A stretch of DNA of 64,000 nucleotides from IMGVR_UViG_3300045996_002337:62001-126000; one strand, 5' to 3'; shown: positions 11,453 to 21,468, counted from the first letter of the stretch. Numbers and translations: made by a program. The notes: generated by a model not told the origin, from the letters alone.

Positions 11453-11680
11453 ATGAAACGACATATTGAAACATCCGACATCGTGCTGGCTGCTTCGCTA
11501 AAGGTCAAGGGCTACAAGCTAGATCGCATTGAGAAGCAAGGCAACCGAGGTATCTTCTGCTTCGCGGACGTAGATGACGCCGTCCTAATTGAATTTGACC
11601 TTGGTAAATGCCTTGTCGAGCCAGTGTCTTTTAACAACGCGATTAAAGCGTTGACCACCGCCACACGCCGCATGGCCTAA
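11453..11680 (+). CDS. Small hypothetical protein (DUF5659-like)
   Basis: 'TSDIVLAASL..KGY.L...IFCF' pattern; GAGG SD. Confidence 0.5.
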   Translation: MKRHIETSDIVLAASLKVKGYKLDRIEKQGNRGIFCFADVDDAVLIEFDLGKCLVEPVSFNNAIKALTTATRRMA

Positions 11681-11715
11681 ATCTTGGTCTCTGTCTAGCA
11701 GTCTAAGGAGACACA

Positions 11716-14091
11716 ATGAAAATTATTGGCAGCCTAAAGTTTGACGCTTCTGGCCTTTCACAAATTGAAAATCTTCGAGTCGAAAAACTTGTGACGCTGC
11801 CCGTTTGGGCAAGCGGTGACGTGGGTCGACTTGTTTACATCACCGCCAACCAGGTTCTCTACGTCGGCGGTGAAAGTTCATGGGTAGCAGTCGCTGTTGG
11901 CGGTAGCACATCCGCGGTTCAGAGCGAGGTGGATAAGATTGAGGTTACCCTTGGTGGGGGCATCGATACAAACGGCGATTTCGTTGTTGGTGGTTTTACC
12001 TTGCCAAGCGAAATGGGAGTCCCAACTTCCTTCACTGACGCCATCAACAAGATTGCAGCTTTTGCTTCCGGTGCATCCGCTCTTCCAGATCTTAGCGACG
12101 TCACAATTACTGGCGCAACCCTCGGCGATGCATTGGTTTTCACTGGTAACGGCGTTTGGGAAAACCGCGCGCCTGGTGCAGCATCAGGCCTTCAGGCCCA
12201 CAGCGCCACCCTCGATGGTGTGGTTAGCTTGGCAGCAAGCACTGGCATTCTGGTAAAAACCGGTGCCAATTCATTTGCAGGTCGTGAGATTGTCCAGCCG
12301 TCTTTTGGCATCACAGTGACCAACGGCAATGGTGTAGCGGGCAACATGACCCTAGCTCTTGCAAATGACCTTAACGCGCTCGAGGCGCTTGGAGGTTCTG
12401 GCTTTGCCGTTCGCACGGGTGCAGACGCATGGGTACAACGATCAATTTCTGGAACCGCGGGCCGGATTTCAGTAACAAACGGAAACGGTGTTACTGCGGC
12501 ACCCACTATTGATCTAGCAACTGTCACACCAACTGCAACAGGCACCTTCCAAAAAATCACCGTTGATACATACGGTCGTGTTTCGGGCACGACGCCTGTC
12601 GTGGCAGGTGACATTGAAGGGCTCCTTGGCAATGCATTTGTGGATACCACCGGTGACACAATGACTGGCAATTTAGTTTTCCAGGGCGGCGCCACTATCA
12701 CTGGACTGCCAGCTCCAACCGGGGATTCTGAAGCCGTCAACAAAGCGTATGTTGACGCCCGCTCAGCGGGCCTTTCATGGAAAGCACCGGTACGTGCTGC
12801 TACACTCGGGAACATTGATCTTGCGTCTGCAGCTTCAGGCTATGATGGTGTAACGCTTACACCTGGTGACCGCGTCCTGGTCATGGCGCAGACTGCTGCG
12901 TCAGAGAATGGTGTTTACGTTTTTAATGGCGTTGGCGCTGCTCTTACTCGCGCAACCGACATGGATGCACCAGCAGATTTTTCTGCTGCCACTCTATTCG
13001 TTCTTCAGGGAACGGTTTATGAAAATTCTGGCTTCACACAGACATCTGAGGTGGCGGCCGTTGGCACCGATGCAGTGGCGTTTGTGCAATTTTCTGGATC
13101 TTCAACCTATACTTGGGGCGTCGGCCTTTCAACATCAGGTAACACTGTCAGCGTTAACATGGGCGCGGGTATCGCGCAACTGCCAACAGACGAAGTGGGC
13201 ATTGAGATCTATGGATCTGCCACTTCGCCACTAATTCTTACCACAGACGGAACCACGCGATCAACTCTTGCTGGTGCTGGTCTGGCGCTGCTCACCGGAG
13301 ATGGTCTTACACAAGGGGCTGGTGGTATCTCAATTGCTGCAGGTGGCGTAACAAACGCGATGCTTGCAAATAGCACCATCGTTCTTGATGGCGACGGTGC
13401 TGGCACGGGAACAGCTACGCTGGGTGGTACATTGATGTTCACTGGCACCGCTGAACAGGGCATCACTACTGATGTTGGCCCAAACACGGTGACTATCTCG
13501 GCCGTCGATGCCTCCGTGACACAAAAGGGTGTTGCAAGCTTTAACCCAGAACACTTCTATGTGTCTGAGCGCCTGCTTGATGAAGAGTTGAACGTCATTG
13601 AGCCAGGTGGCCAGGTGTCGCTGGAAGCAACTCTTGAGGACCTAGTCAACGTCGCGCCTGGAACTGATGCCGCCCCGTTGGGGTCTGTCATGGTGGTTAT
13701 TGAGGGTCAGCAGGGTGATGAATGGGGCTACCTAACACAAGAAGAATTTCTAAACTACTTCCCGATAACTGACTTCGGCGGCATGCCAGAGACGGTTAAC
13801 GGTGGCGATTTCTTGATGGGTAACGGATTTGATGGGTTCTTCTCAAAGAAGATTTACCATCTTTACCAATCAGTGGAACCGGCAGCTGTTCACACAGTGG
13901 TCCACAATCTCGAAACGACCTTCTGTAACGTCACTGTTTCTGATACCGACACTGGCGGCCTCACTCGTGCTGGTAGTGTGATTATTCCAGAATCGATTGA
14001 ATTTGTTGATTTCAATACCCTCCGCGTAACATTCAATGCCGCGATCGACTGCGCAGTTGTTGTTATGGGCGCACACTTCGGCGGCGGTTGA
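11716..14091 (+). CDS. Tail fibre protein
   Basis: Gly/Ala/Thr-rich; 'GDTMTGNL', 'AVNKAYVD', 'GDRVLV..QT..SENGVY' fibre motifs; repeated 'VTNGNGV'; AGGAG SD. Confidence 0.7.
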   Translation: MKIIGSLKFDASGLSQIENLRVEKLVTLPVWASGDVGRLVYITANQVLYVGGESSWVAVAVGGSTSAVQSEVDKIEVTLGGGIDTNGDFVVGGFTLPSEMGVPTSFTDAINKIAAFASGASALPDLSDVTITGATLGDALVFTGNGVWENRAPGAASGLQAHSATLDGVVSLAASTGILVKTGANSFAGREIVQPSFGITVTNGNGVAGNMTLALANDLNALEALGGSGFAVRTGADAWVQRSISGTAGRISVTNGNGVTAAPTIDLATVTPTATGTFQKITVDTYGRVSGTTPVVAGDIEGLLGNAFVDTTGDTMTGNLVFQGGATITGLPAPTGDSEAVNKAYVDARSAGLSWKAPVRAATLGNIDLASAASGYDGVTLTPGDRVLVMAQTAASENGVYVFNGVGAALTRATDMDAPADFSAATLFVLQGTVYENSGFTQTSEVAAVGTDAVAFVQFSGSSTYTWGVGLSTSGNTVSVNMGAGIAQLPTDEVGIEIYGSATSPLILTTDGTTRSTLAGAGLALLTGDGLTQGAGGISIAAGGVTNAMLANSTIVLDGDGAGTGTATLGGTLMFTGTAEQGITTDVGPNTVTISAVDASVTQKGVASFNPEHFYVSERLLDEELNVIEPGGQVSLEATLEDLVNVAPGTDAAPLGSVMVVIEGQQGDEWGYLTQEEFLNYFPITDFGGMPETVNGGDFLMGNGFDGFFSKKIYHLYQSVEPAAVHTVVHNLETTFCNVTVSDTDTGGLTRAGSVIIPESIEFVDFNTLRVTFNAAIDCAVVVMGAHFGGG

Positions 14092-14105
14092 TACATGATG
14101 CTAGG

Positions 14106-14132
14106 CTAAGGCTGGCCTTTGGCCAGCCTTAG
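14106..14132 (+). terminator. Stem-loop, probable intrinsic terminator
   Basis: CTAAGGCTGGCC-TTT-GGCCAGCCTTAG, perfect 12-bp stem after the fibre gene; weak U-tract. Confidence 0.6.
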
Positions 14133-14147
14133 ATTTGAAATTAGCCG

Positions 14148-14154
14148 ATAAATA
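14148..14154 (+). promoter_or_regulatory. T4-type late promoter core
   Basis: ATAAATA between the hairpin and ATG 14177. Confidence 0.7.
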
Positions 14155-14176
14155 GAGCACATGTACTAAGGTCACT

Positions 14177-14779
14177 ATGAAGTTTTTCGGTCACGCCAAC
14201 CTCATGCAGAATGAACTGCAACAAGCAGTCATTCCACTTGAAAATGCTTTTCCTGCCGCACCAAAGGCAGGACAGCTGGCGTTCGTCAATAAGATTCTTT
14301 ACATCTGTGTGGAAATTACAGATGGCCTACCTATCTGGGTTCCACTAACACGTGAACTTACTCTGTACACCCACGCTCAAGATGTCGCGGCCTCTACCTG
14401 GACGATCAATCATGATCTAAACACGACAGCAGTACAAGTTCAAGTTTTTGGTGTAGATGACCATTACATCGCGCCAACCGACATCGTGGTAGCAAATGCA
14501 TCGTCAATCACAGTGACATTTGGTTCTGCCGTTTCAGGACGGGCAATTGTTCTTACTGGTCACAACGACGGTAACCCAAAGCCAACCTACTCGTACATTC
14601 ATTATCAAACGGTTTCATCTAATTCGTGGGTGGTTAACCACGGCCTCGGAAGAGAGCCGATCACCCGCGTGTTCGTTGGTAATCAAGAAGTTCAACCACA
14701 GTCGATTACGCACACAACGCTTAATTCATTGACTGTGGCATTTTCACAGCCATATGTTGGCATTGTAAAGTTGGTGTAA
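14177..14779 (+). CDS. Virion protein with two 'H.Q...S..W.I.H.L' modules
   Basis: Internal duplication visible in the translation. Confidence 0.55.
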   Translation: MKFFGHANLMQNELQQAVIPLENAFPAAPKAGQLAFVNKILYICVEITDGLPIWVPLTRELTLYTHAQDVAASTWTINHDLNTTAVQVQVFGVDDHYIAPTDIVVANASSITVTFGSAVSGRAIVLTGHNDGNPKPTYSYIHYQTVSSNSWVVNHGLGREPITRVFVGNQEVQPQSITHTTLNSLTVAFSQPYVGIVKLV

Positions 14780-14780
14780 C

Positions 14781-15002
14781 ATGGCAACGCGACAAGCTAC
14801 GGTGTATAAACATATTCAGGAAACCGCTGCACTTTCCTGGGTGATCGATCATCACCTGCAGTCCTATCCTATCGTTGACGTGTACACGGAAGTCAACGGT
14901 TCGGCGGTCAAAATTCTACCAAAATCTGTCGTCTACAACACACCAAATCAGTGCACGGTGACATTTAGTCAGGCGCGATCTGGTGTTGCAACGGTGATCT
15001 AA
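14781..15002 (+). CDS. Small virion protein, single 'H.Q...W.I.H.L' module
   Basis: Paralogous to neighbouring modules. Confidence 0.55.
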   Translation: MATRQATVYKHIQETAALSWVIDHHLQSYPIVDVYTEVNGSAVKILPKSVVYNTPNQCTVTFSQARSGVATVI

Positions 15003-15003
15003 A

Positions 15004-15219
15004 ATGACGGGTGCAACCTTCTTCATCTTTACTCAAGTCACCCCCTCGACTGAGTGGACAATCACCCACAATCTAGGTCATCACCCGATCTTTGACGTTG
15101 TCATTGACGTTGATGGGGGTCGGGAAAAGGTTCTGCCATTGGCAGTCGAGCATGTTTCTGTCAATCAAACTGTTGTGCGATTTCTAGAAGCTAGAACTGG
15201 AAGTGCGCGTTTTTTCTAA
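15004..15219 (+). CDS. Small virion protein, single 'Q..PS..W.I.HNLG' module
   Basis: Paralogous to neighbouring modules. Confidence 0.55.
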   Translation: MTGATFFIFTQVTPSTEWTITHNLGHHPIFDVVIDVDGGREKVLPLAVEHVSVNQTVVRFLEARTGSARFF

Positions 15220-15243
15220 CGCAGAGGAATAGGAGATAAACAT

Positions 15244-15708
15244 ATGTGGTTCTTAAATCTGATTGGCGGCATCAAAGGCATCGCCGTAATTTTGTTGATC
15301 GTTGCTGTTGGTGCTTGGGCATTTACGCAGAAGCGCAATGTTGAAAAAGCCGAGCTTGCCCGAGATCAGGCAATCGCTGAACGTGACCAGGCGGCTGTTC
15401 AGCGCGACAAAGCTATTGAGGCAGCTAGAGTCAATGAACAAACCATTGCGAGGTTGGAGCAGGAAAAAGAGCTCGCCAACTTCGCCTTAAATACTCTTCA
15501 ACAAGCCCGCGATTCGAATCGCACCAACACGGTTACACGTGAGGTGATCATTCAAAATCAGGCTTCAGTTCCAGCGAACGCAGCTCAGGCCGCTCCGGTT
15601 CTAGGTTCAATCATTGAAGAAATACAAGCAGACCGCAATCGTCGTAGGGGTGTTCCAGCTACCACTGCATCGGGCCGTCCTGCTGCACAAAAGAGGATTT
15701 TAGAATGA
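15244..15708 (+). CDS. Inner-membrane spanin (Rz-like)
   Basis: One N-terminal TM followed by a coiled coil; directly upstream of a lipoprotein. Confidence 0.65.
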   Translation: MWFLNLIGGIKGIAVILLIVAVGAWAFTQKRNVEKAELARDQAIAERDQAAVQRDKAIEAARVNEQTIARLEQEKELANFALNTLQQARDSNRTNTVTREVIIQNQASVPANAAQAAPVLGSIIEEIQADRNRRRGVPATTASGRPAAQKRILE

Positions 15709-16157
15709 AGATGATCATTGTTCTTGCCGCCATTGCAGGTCTCGCAGGTTGCTCTACCACCGGGACGGGATTTAACAACACTGAGGTTGTCGTTCAGCGC
15801 GAGTACGTGGTGCGCACTGCACCAGACGCGCTTAAAACTCTGCCACCGCTTCCTCCAGCTTTGGCAAATCCAAAGACCGCAAGCAACACTCAAATTGGAA
15901 CGTGGATCAATAACACTGAAGAGTATGTTGCGAACCTTGAAGCAATGGTCCAAACCCTCGTGAACTTTTATGAAAAACCAGTGACTTCCGGCGAGGTGAC
16001 AGCAGCTGGTGGAATGAGAGCTGTGACGCCGCTGGCAACACCCACGCCTACAGCGGCCCGAGTTATTCAACCGCAGACAACAGCGGCGCCTATTCCTACG
16101 CCCGCCGCATCAGCGCCACGCTACTCAGATCCAATTCAACGCCTTCGTGCACAGTGA
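15705..16157 (+). CDS. Outer-membrane spanin lipoprotein (Rz1-like)
   Basis: Lipobox LAGC, Pro-rich, overlaps the Rz-like stop. Confidence 0.65.
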   Translation: MKMIIVLAAIAGLAGCSTTGTGFNNTEVVVQREYVVRTAPDALKTLPPLPPALANPKTASNTQIGTWINNTEEYVANLEAMVQTLVNFYEKPVTSGEVTAAGGMRAVTPLATPTPTAARVIQPQTTAAPIPTPAASAPRYSDPIQRLRAQ

Positions 16158-16165
16158 GGTCATAA

Positions 16166-17779
16166 ATGTCATGCTGCCCGCCAGCACCAGCAATTAACGT
16201 TGGTGGATCAGGTGATGAAGATTTCCATGCCCAGGATACCGAGATTAGGCGCGGTGAGACCGTAGAATGTTATATGCGGCGCTCTGGCAACACGACTGGG
16301 CGGATGGATGACAAGACAGAGGACATTCCAAATAAGATTCGGAACACTGACATTCCTCTTTCTGCGAATGCTACCGTAAACGTTACGTTTCGGCTTACAC
16401 CAAACTCTGATCGCGTTGCCACCTCCTGGGAATTGAAAGATGCCGATGACAACGTCATCTCAGCCTTCTCGGGCCCACCAGATGTAACCTTTACCGCGGG
16501 CGGTGTTCTATCAGGCACGTTCGCGCCAAGCTACCACGGAAAATCAATCAAAGTTAAGGTAACAGCCCGCGATGCTAATGGCGAAATTGACACGCGCGGC
16601 TTTGTGTTCTCACCAGCGGTTGCAACTGGCTCAAATAACATAAGCTTTATTCATCCATTGCCAGGTTCACGTGTAACATCAAAGTTTGGTCCTCGACGGC
16701 CGCCGGCTACAGGGGCAAGTTCACAACATGGCGGGGCAGATTTTGCGTACGCAGGTGGAAAAGTGGCTGACGTTGTCGCTGCAGCGGACGGGGAGGTAGA
16801 GTTCACCGGCTTCCAGAACGGCGGGGCGGGGAATTACGTAAAGATTCGTCACCTCAACACCGCTGGTAAACACCTGTGTACGACCGTCTACATGCACTTG
16901 AACAAGATCTATGTGACGACCGGCCAAAAGGTCGCAGCAGGCCAAAAGATTGGGCTTGAAGGCAACACTGGCGTGGGTACGGGAGCCCACTTGCACTTTG
17001 AATGCCGCCTGCCAAATGGAACTAAAATTGATCCAGTCCCACTTATCAGAGGGTCTCTAGCGGTTGCACAGCAAACCAATCCTGACAACAGCGCAGTTGA
17101 GGAATCTATTGAGACACAGGAAGCCAATAACGTCCTAACGAAGGAAAACGTTGAGGCAAAGGAGAACGGATGCGAGGCCTTTGGCCCTGAGTATCCAAAG
17201 GACCCAACTGAGACGACAGATCCGGTGCCTGTTGTTCCAATTACCGACCCGTTTGAGCGTGCATGGTTTTTCACCATGACCCATGAAGTTGGTCCGCACT
17301 GGACGACTGCTGCGCCAACCGATCCCGAAGTTTCTGCAGGCCTTATCGACACCGCCCCGCAACGTAAAAAAGTAGGGTACGTAAACACCCCCTCATACCC
17401 AGGTGGTGAAACAAAGTTCGGCATTGCGCAAGGACCCAACCCAAGCATCAATGTTAAGGGGATTGCCTACGATCCAGCAAAGCAGACAGGCTTCAATAAC
17501 TATTGGAAGCGGGGACCATCAACACTAGTTGTTCAAAAGCCAAAAACTGCCATCATGTTGTTTGACATGAACTACCTGCACGGTGTTGGTAATGCAAACG
17601 TGATTAAGGCCAATGCGGACATTGCGGACAAGACTGATGCAGAAGCAGTTGAGGCGCTTTCAGCTGCTCAACGCGCCTTCATGTTGAACATCGTTGCCAA
17701 AAATCCTCAGCGTAAAAAATATCTCAACGGTTGGCTAAAGCGGTCAGCCGAACTTCTTGCATACGTAAAAGCTCTCTAA
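16166..17779 (+). CDS. Multidomain peptidoglycan hydrolase: Ig-like + M23 peptidase + GH108-like lysozyme/PG-binding
   Basis: M23 HGGAD, YMHL, HLHFE; GH108 'THE...GGETKFGI' and 'KYLNGWLKR'. Confidence 0.8.
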   Translation: MSCCPPAPAINVGGSGDEDFHAQDTEIRRGETVECYMRRSGNTTGRMDDKTEDIPNKIRNTDIPLSANATVNVTFRLTPNSDRVATSWELKDADDNVISAFSGPPDVTFTAGGVLSGTFAPSYHGKSIKVKVTARDANGEIDTRGFVFSPAVATGSNNISFIHPLPGSRVTSKFGPRRPPATGASSQHGGADFAYAGGKVADVVAAADGEVEFTGFQNGGAGNYVKIRHLNTAGKHLCTTVYMHLNKIYVTTGQKVAAGQKIGLEGNTGVGTGAHLHFECRLPNGTKIDPVPLIRGSLAVAQQTNPDNSAVEESIETQEANNVLTKENVEAKENGCEAFGPEYPKDPTETTDPVPVVPITDPFERAWFFTMTHEVGPHWTTAAPTDPEVSAGLIDTAPQRKKVGYVNTPSYPGGETKFGIAQGPNPSINVKGIAYDPAKQTGFNNYWKRGPSTLVVQKPKTAIMLFDMNYLHGVGNANVIKANADIADKTDAEAVEALSAAQRAFMLNIVAKNPQRKKYLNGWLKRSAELLAYVKAL

Positions 17780-17780
17780 C

Positions 17781-18365
17781 ATGGCAAAAACTGCACCACT
17801 TCCATCAGTTCAAGTAAATTACCCAGTCGGTCGAACAATGATCAAGTCGGGGGATATCATCAGCTTCTTTGCTTCACACGAAGAAGGGGTGATTAAGCGT
17901 CTTGTCACACAATCGATTCTATTTTTTACAGGCTCTAGAATCTATCACACTGGTGTTGCGTTGTGGATCACGACGGACACAGGCGAACGCCGGCTCATGC
18001 TATGCGAAGCGGTTGGTGTTGGGCGCCGCCTTGTAAACTTGTCGCGCTTTCACCATCACAAGATGGAGGTCCACAGCGTTCCAAAAGAGCTCGATCAAAA
18101 AGCAATTGAAGCGTATCTCATGGATGGCATTGGAACTGGATATGGTTTTTGGACCTTGATTGCGATAGCAATTCGTGAGTTCATCGGTGTGAAGCCACCG
18201 TCAAGCAGCCGCGTTCAGGTATGCTCTGAGACCGCAGCAAGAACCTGGAGAGCAGGCGGCATGGAGTTTGAACAAACAATTTTAAGCCCTGGCAAGCTGC
18301 GAAATGTACTCTCAGAGAAGGGTGTACCACCAAGCTTTGTGATCAATCCAGACTCAGGAAATTAA
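17781..18365 (+). CDS. Permuted papain-like NlpC/P60 (YiiX/YebB-like) enzyme
   Basis: 'KSGDII', 'YHTGVA', later 'VCSE' and 'SPGKL' (His before Cys). Confidence 0.7.
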   Translation: MAKTAPLPSVQVNYPVGRTMIKSGDIISFFASHEEGVIKRLVTQSILFFTGSRIYHTGVALWITTDTGERRLMLCEAVGVGRRLVNLSRFHHHKMEVHSVPKELDQKAIEAYLMDGIGTGYGFWTLIAIAIREFIGVKPPSSSRVQVCSETAARTWRAGGMEFEQTILSPGKLRNVLSEKGVPPSFVINPDSGN

Positions 18366-18385
18366 ATTTTAACACGGAACAACAG

Positions 18386-18685
18386 ATGAGCGGCAATATT
18401 GTCAGGATCGGGGATAGCGTTAGCTGTGGGGACCATGCAGCTGTCGGGTCCGGTGATGTTCACGCCAACGGCATGCCGATTGCTCATGGTGGTAAAAGGT
18501 CAACTACAGGCCACGGATGCTTTCATCCAACTGAGTTCATTGGCCCCTGGTCAAAAACCGTTTTTGTCAATGGTGAACCAGTCGCCATCAAGGGCAAAAC
18601 AAAGATCGCGGTACATCGCTGCGGAAAGCAATGGCATGATGGGGTTGCCACCTCTGGGTCTTCAACCGTTTCAGTCGAGGAGTAA
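18386..18685 (+). CDS. PAAR-repeat spike tip protein (gp5.4-like)
   Basis: 'RIGD...CG...GS.DV.ANG.P', 'TVFVNGEPVA', conserved His/Cys. Confidence 0.8.
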   Translation: MSGNIVRIGDSVSCGDHAAVGSGDVHANGMPIAHGGKRSTTGHGCFHPTEFIGPWSKTVFVNGEPVAIKGKTKIAVHRCGKQWHDGVATSGSSTVSVEE

Positions 18686-18687
18686 AC

Positions 18688-19635
18688 ATGCCCAGTGGTC
18701 TAATGCCTTCCTACAAATATCGGCCATCTATCGCTGGAACTGAGCCAGCCATTCGTACCCGGTCCACGAGAAGGGCCCGGCTCTTCGCTGGTGGCACGTA
18801 CTTTCGCGCTAGAGATCCCGGGGTTCAAGGAAACAACATCTCAGTCGAGCTCATTGACTGGGTCTCCACACAACCTGGGGAAGAAGGAGTTCGTAAAGGT
18901 AAACTGATCGTCACGAACCATAACACAGTTTTTTCTGAGAACGTAACTGGTCCTGCAGATGTCGAGCTGCTTGAGCAAGAGCTGACGTGGAGAGAGCGAT
19001 ACGTCATCGACCAGCTAACAGGAACACCGCAAGCGCACAAATATAGCATTAGCTTACAAATAGCGCCCGCCGCAGTCCTTGAGGAGGATATCGGCCCCTT
19101 CAACTTTTCTCGCCTTTTTCACATTCCGAGTAAGCTGTCGGTAAAGCTCACCCCAAGGACCTCAGAATTCACACAAACCAGTGTGATTACGATCAAAGCA
19201 CGCACCCGGGTGTACGATTTGGTTGAAATTTCAGTGACCCCAGAGGCCGAGGAGGGGGAGCCAGCGGGCGAACCAATGACAGGGTGGGACCCTGAGGCAC
19301 TAAGGACCGCGGTTAACGCCTCAGATCCTTGGATTGAGATGATGGAGCGCAGCGGAACTGAGGGATCTGGAGGAGGTGTGCCGCTCCCAGATCTCGAAAA
19401 GCCTGACGCGCAGGACGATGGGGTAGATGATACGTTTTTGTTTGCTTTCCCAAGCACCCGCCTGGCAGGCGGTGATGGTCTCCCATTGACCCCATCAGGG
19501 GAGCGCACAGGACCAAGCCGCTCCATTGTTCATATCAACTTTGGAGAGGCCTACAACGGCAAGATGGCCGAAGTAAATGAGGTCTACGAGTGGGTAGGTG
19601 AAACGCCAGCAAATGGCGTATGGAAGCGTTACTGA
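18688..19635 (+). CDS. Hypothetical virion protein
   Basis: Last gene of the + strand structural run; converges on lolA. Confidence 0.45.
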   Translation: MPSGLMPSYKYRPSIAGTEPAIRTRSTRRARLFAGGTYFRARDPGVQGNNISVELIDWVSTQPGEEGVRKGKLIVTNHNTVFSENVTGPADVELLEQELTWRERYVIDQLTGTPQAHKYSISLQIAPAAVLEEDIGPFNFSRLFHIPSKLSVKLTPRTSEFTQTSVITIKARTRVYDLVEISVTPEAEEGEPAGEPMTGWDPEALRTAVNASDPWIEMMERSGTEGSGGGVPLPDLEKPDAQDDGVDDTFLFAFPSTRLAGGDGLPLTPSGERTGPSRSIVHINFGEAYNGKMAEVNEVYEWVGETPANGVWKRY

Positions 19636-20231
19636 CCTAGAACGTCGGCACCCTTAGGAGCCGTAAACGTAAATGTGCCATCCGGAATGGATGGATTAGT
19701 TTCCATGTTTGAGAAGGTCAGGACTGAGCGTTGCCCAAATGAATCCATGATTTCAAGAACCGCGAGCTCATTACCGCGAAATGCAACCTTCATGGCTTCA
19801 ATTGCCCCGTCATTTGATTTTGGGCGGGCGAGAACCCATTCAAGGCCGTCCTTCGGCTCCAGGTTCTGCAGCACAAATTCCTTCTCGATGTTGCCACCCG
19901 AGAGAATGACTGCAGGTGTGGAGCCGAGGACCGCGCCCAGATCTCGCACTGTCACTTGGTTCAGGTCAGCATCATACAGGTATACCTTCTTGCCATCAGC
20001 AACCATGGTTTGATTGAAGGGTTTGGTGTAGACGAACTTGAACTTGTTCGGGCGCGAGAATTCAAAGGTTCCAGAAGAGGTCTTTCTTTTACCATTTGGT
20101 GACACAACCGTTTGAGAGAAGTCTGCTTTGCCCGTTTTTGCTGTTTGGGCAAAACTTTTCAAGGTGGTCACCGCTTCAGCATTCGCTAGCAGCGGAGCTG
20201 CTGCTAGAACAATCATCGTTAAAAATTTCAT
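19629..20231 (-). CDS. lolA: Outer-membrane lipoprotein chaperone LolA
   Basis: Start moved to 20231 (signal peptide MKFLTMIVLAAAPLLANA); 'ADFSQTV', 'SGTFEFSRPNKF', 'VADGK..YLYDADLNQVT', 'STPA', 'D.FGQ', 'FTFTAPKGADV'. Confidence 0.9.
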   Translation of the reverse strand: MKFLTMIVLAAAPLLANAEAVTTLKSFAQTAKTGKADFSQTVVSPNGKRKTSSGTFEFSRPNKFKFVYTKPFNQTMVADGKKVYLYDADLNQVTVRDLGAVLGSTPAVILSGGNIEKEFVLQNLEPKDGLEWVLARPKSNDGAIEAMKVAFRGNELAVLEIMDSFGQRSVLTFSNMETNPSIPDGTFTFTAPKGADVLGQ

Positions 20232-20872
20232 TCGAACCAATCCGTGTATGAGCCAGGGAAGCCATCTGGCTGATAGAGCCACATGCCGCCATCAGCGGTG
20301 TTGAGCTTCAATGAAAACTTAAGTTGCTCGAGTGACCCGACCAAAACCGGCGAAACCGCGGTAATGAAGTGTGGGCCAGCAGGGAAGATTACCAAGGTGC
20401 CGCGCTGTGGGACTAGGCTAAAATTATATGCTGGAAATTCAAGCTTACCACCATATACTTCATGACGCGGGTCAAGTGGCACTCCACCACCAAAGTCTTT
20501 AAGCCAAAGGTAACAAACCAGATCTACGTCTTTTACCTTGACCCACTTCTTTCGAAGAAACTTTGAATTCTCGCATCCGTGCACTTCGCACGGGTGTTTT
20601 GGATCTTCAAAGTACTGTTGAAAGCGGGGCTTATCCATGCCCTTAATGATACCACGGAAGCGAGATTGAATGTCGCCCCCATGCTCAAGCAACGCCTGTT
20701 GCAGTAGTTCAATGAGCGGCTCTTCTGAAACGATACGCTCATTTTTTACTGGCCGCCCATCTTCTGCAATTGAAGGAACCTTGATGCCGTACTCTGCAAT
20801 GATTCTTTCGCAATTGGCGGGGGAGATGAACTCCTCTACCACATGAAACGGGCTATGTGTATGTTGTGTCAT
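20228..20872 (-). CDS. 2OG-Fe(II) oxygenase-fold protein (prolyl-4-hydroxylase-like), possibly degenerate
   Basis: 'YGGKLEFP...P.RGTLVIFP...V.PV..G' double-stranded beta-helix signature. Confidence 0.7.
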   Translation of the reverse strand: MTQHTHSPFHVVEEFISPANCERIIAEYGIKVPSIAEDGRPVKNERIVSEEPLIELLQQALLEHGGDIQSRFRGIIKGMDKPRFQQYFEDPKHPCEVHGCENSKFLRKKWVKVKDVDLVCYLWLKDFGGGVPLDPRHEVYGGKLEFPAYNFSLVPQRGTLVIFPAGPHFITAVSPVLVGSLEQLKFSLKLNTADGGMWLYQPDGFPGSYTDWFE

Positions 20873-20873
20873 T

Positions 20874-21458
20874 TCACTTTACTTGGAACATGTCAATGAT
20901 GTCATCACCGACCATGAGTTGGGCCTTCTCTGCCTGCTCAACGGGAAGCTCAATTGATGTCGAGTGGCGATTAACACTGATGCTCAACCGCTGTGACGGT
21001 GCCTTAACATCCGCTGGCCAAAACGAGAAAATGCTTTCATTGAGGTTGTAGGTCATCTTAGCTTCACCAACCAGGCGCTCAACGCGGAGCACGCTTGTTG
21101 GCTGCTTGACACGAACAGCTTCGATGAGTTCACCGTCTACCGTAACTTGACCAAGGGACTCAAAATTGAAGTCGTCACCTGAGACATCGATGTCATCACC
21201 GGCGTCTGCGTCATCAGCAGCTTGCTCGCTATCGGCTGGTTCACCATCAGCGTCGTCAACTTCAGAGCCGGGAGAGAACGCATAACCGGGGCCGAAGCCA
21301 TATGCGTTAGGTCCAAGAAGGCCGAGCACAATGTGCAGCAAAGACTTTGGTGTTGGTTCTTCAACGTCAACGTCATGGCCAGCACCACGCAGCATCTTCA
21401 CAGCGTCGTCAACATCAGATTTTACGTCGCTAGGTGCGACAATAACAATTTTTGCCAT
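20874..21458 (-). CDS. Hypothetical protein with acidic linker
   Basis: In the late operon 21906-19629. Confidence 0.5.
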   Translation of the reverse strand: MAKIVIVAPSDVKSDVDDAVKMLRGAGHDVDVEEPTPKSLLHIVLGLLGPNAYGFGPGYAFSPGSEVDDADGEPADSEQAADDADAGDDIDVSGDDFNFESLGQVTVDGELIEAVRVKQPTSVLRVERLVGEAKMTYNLNESIFSFWPADVKAPSQRLSISVNRHSTSIELPVEQAEKAQLMVGDDIIDMFQVK

Positions 21459-21468
21459 CTTGATTTCC

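Noticed and set aside
19629-20231. lolA, pagL and PBP7-like genes as host contamination
   Set aside because: Each overlaps phage-type neighbours and lies under phage promoter motifs; no flanking host synteny
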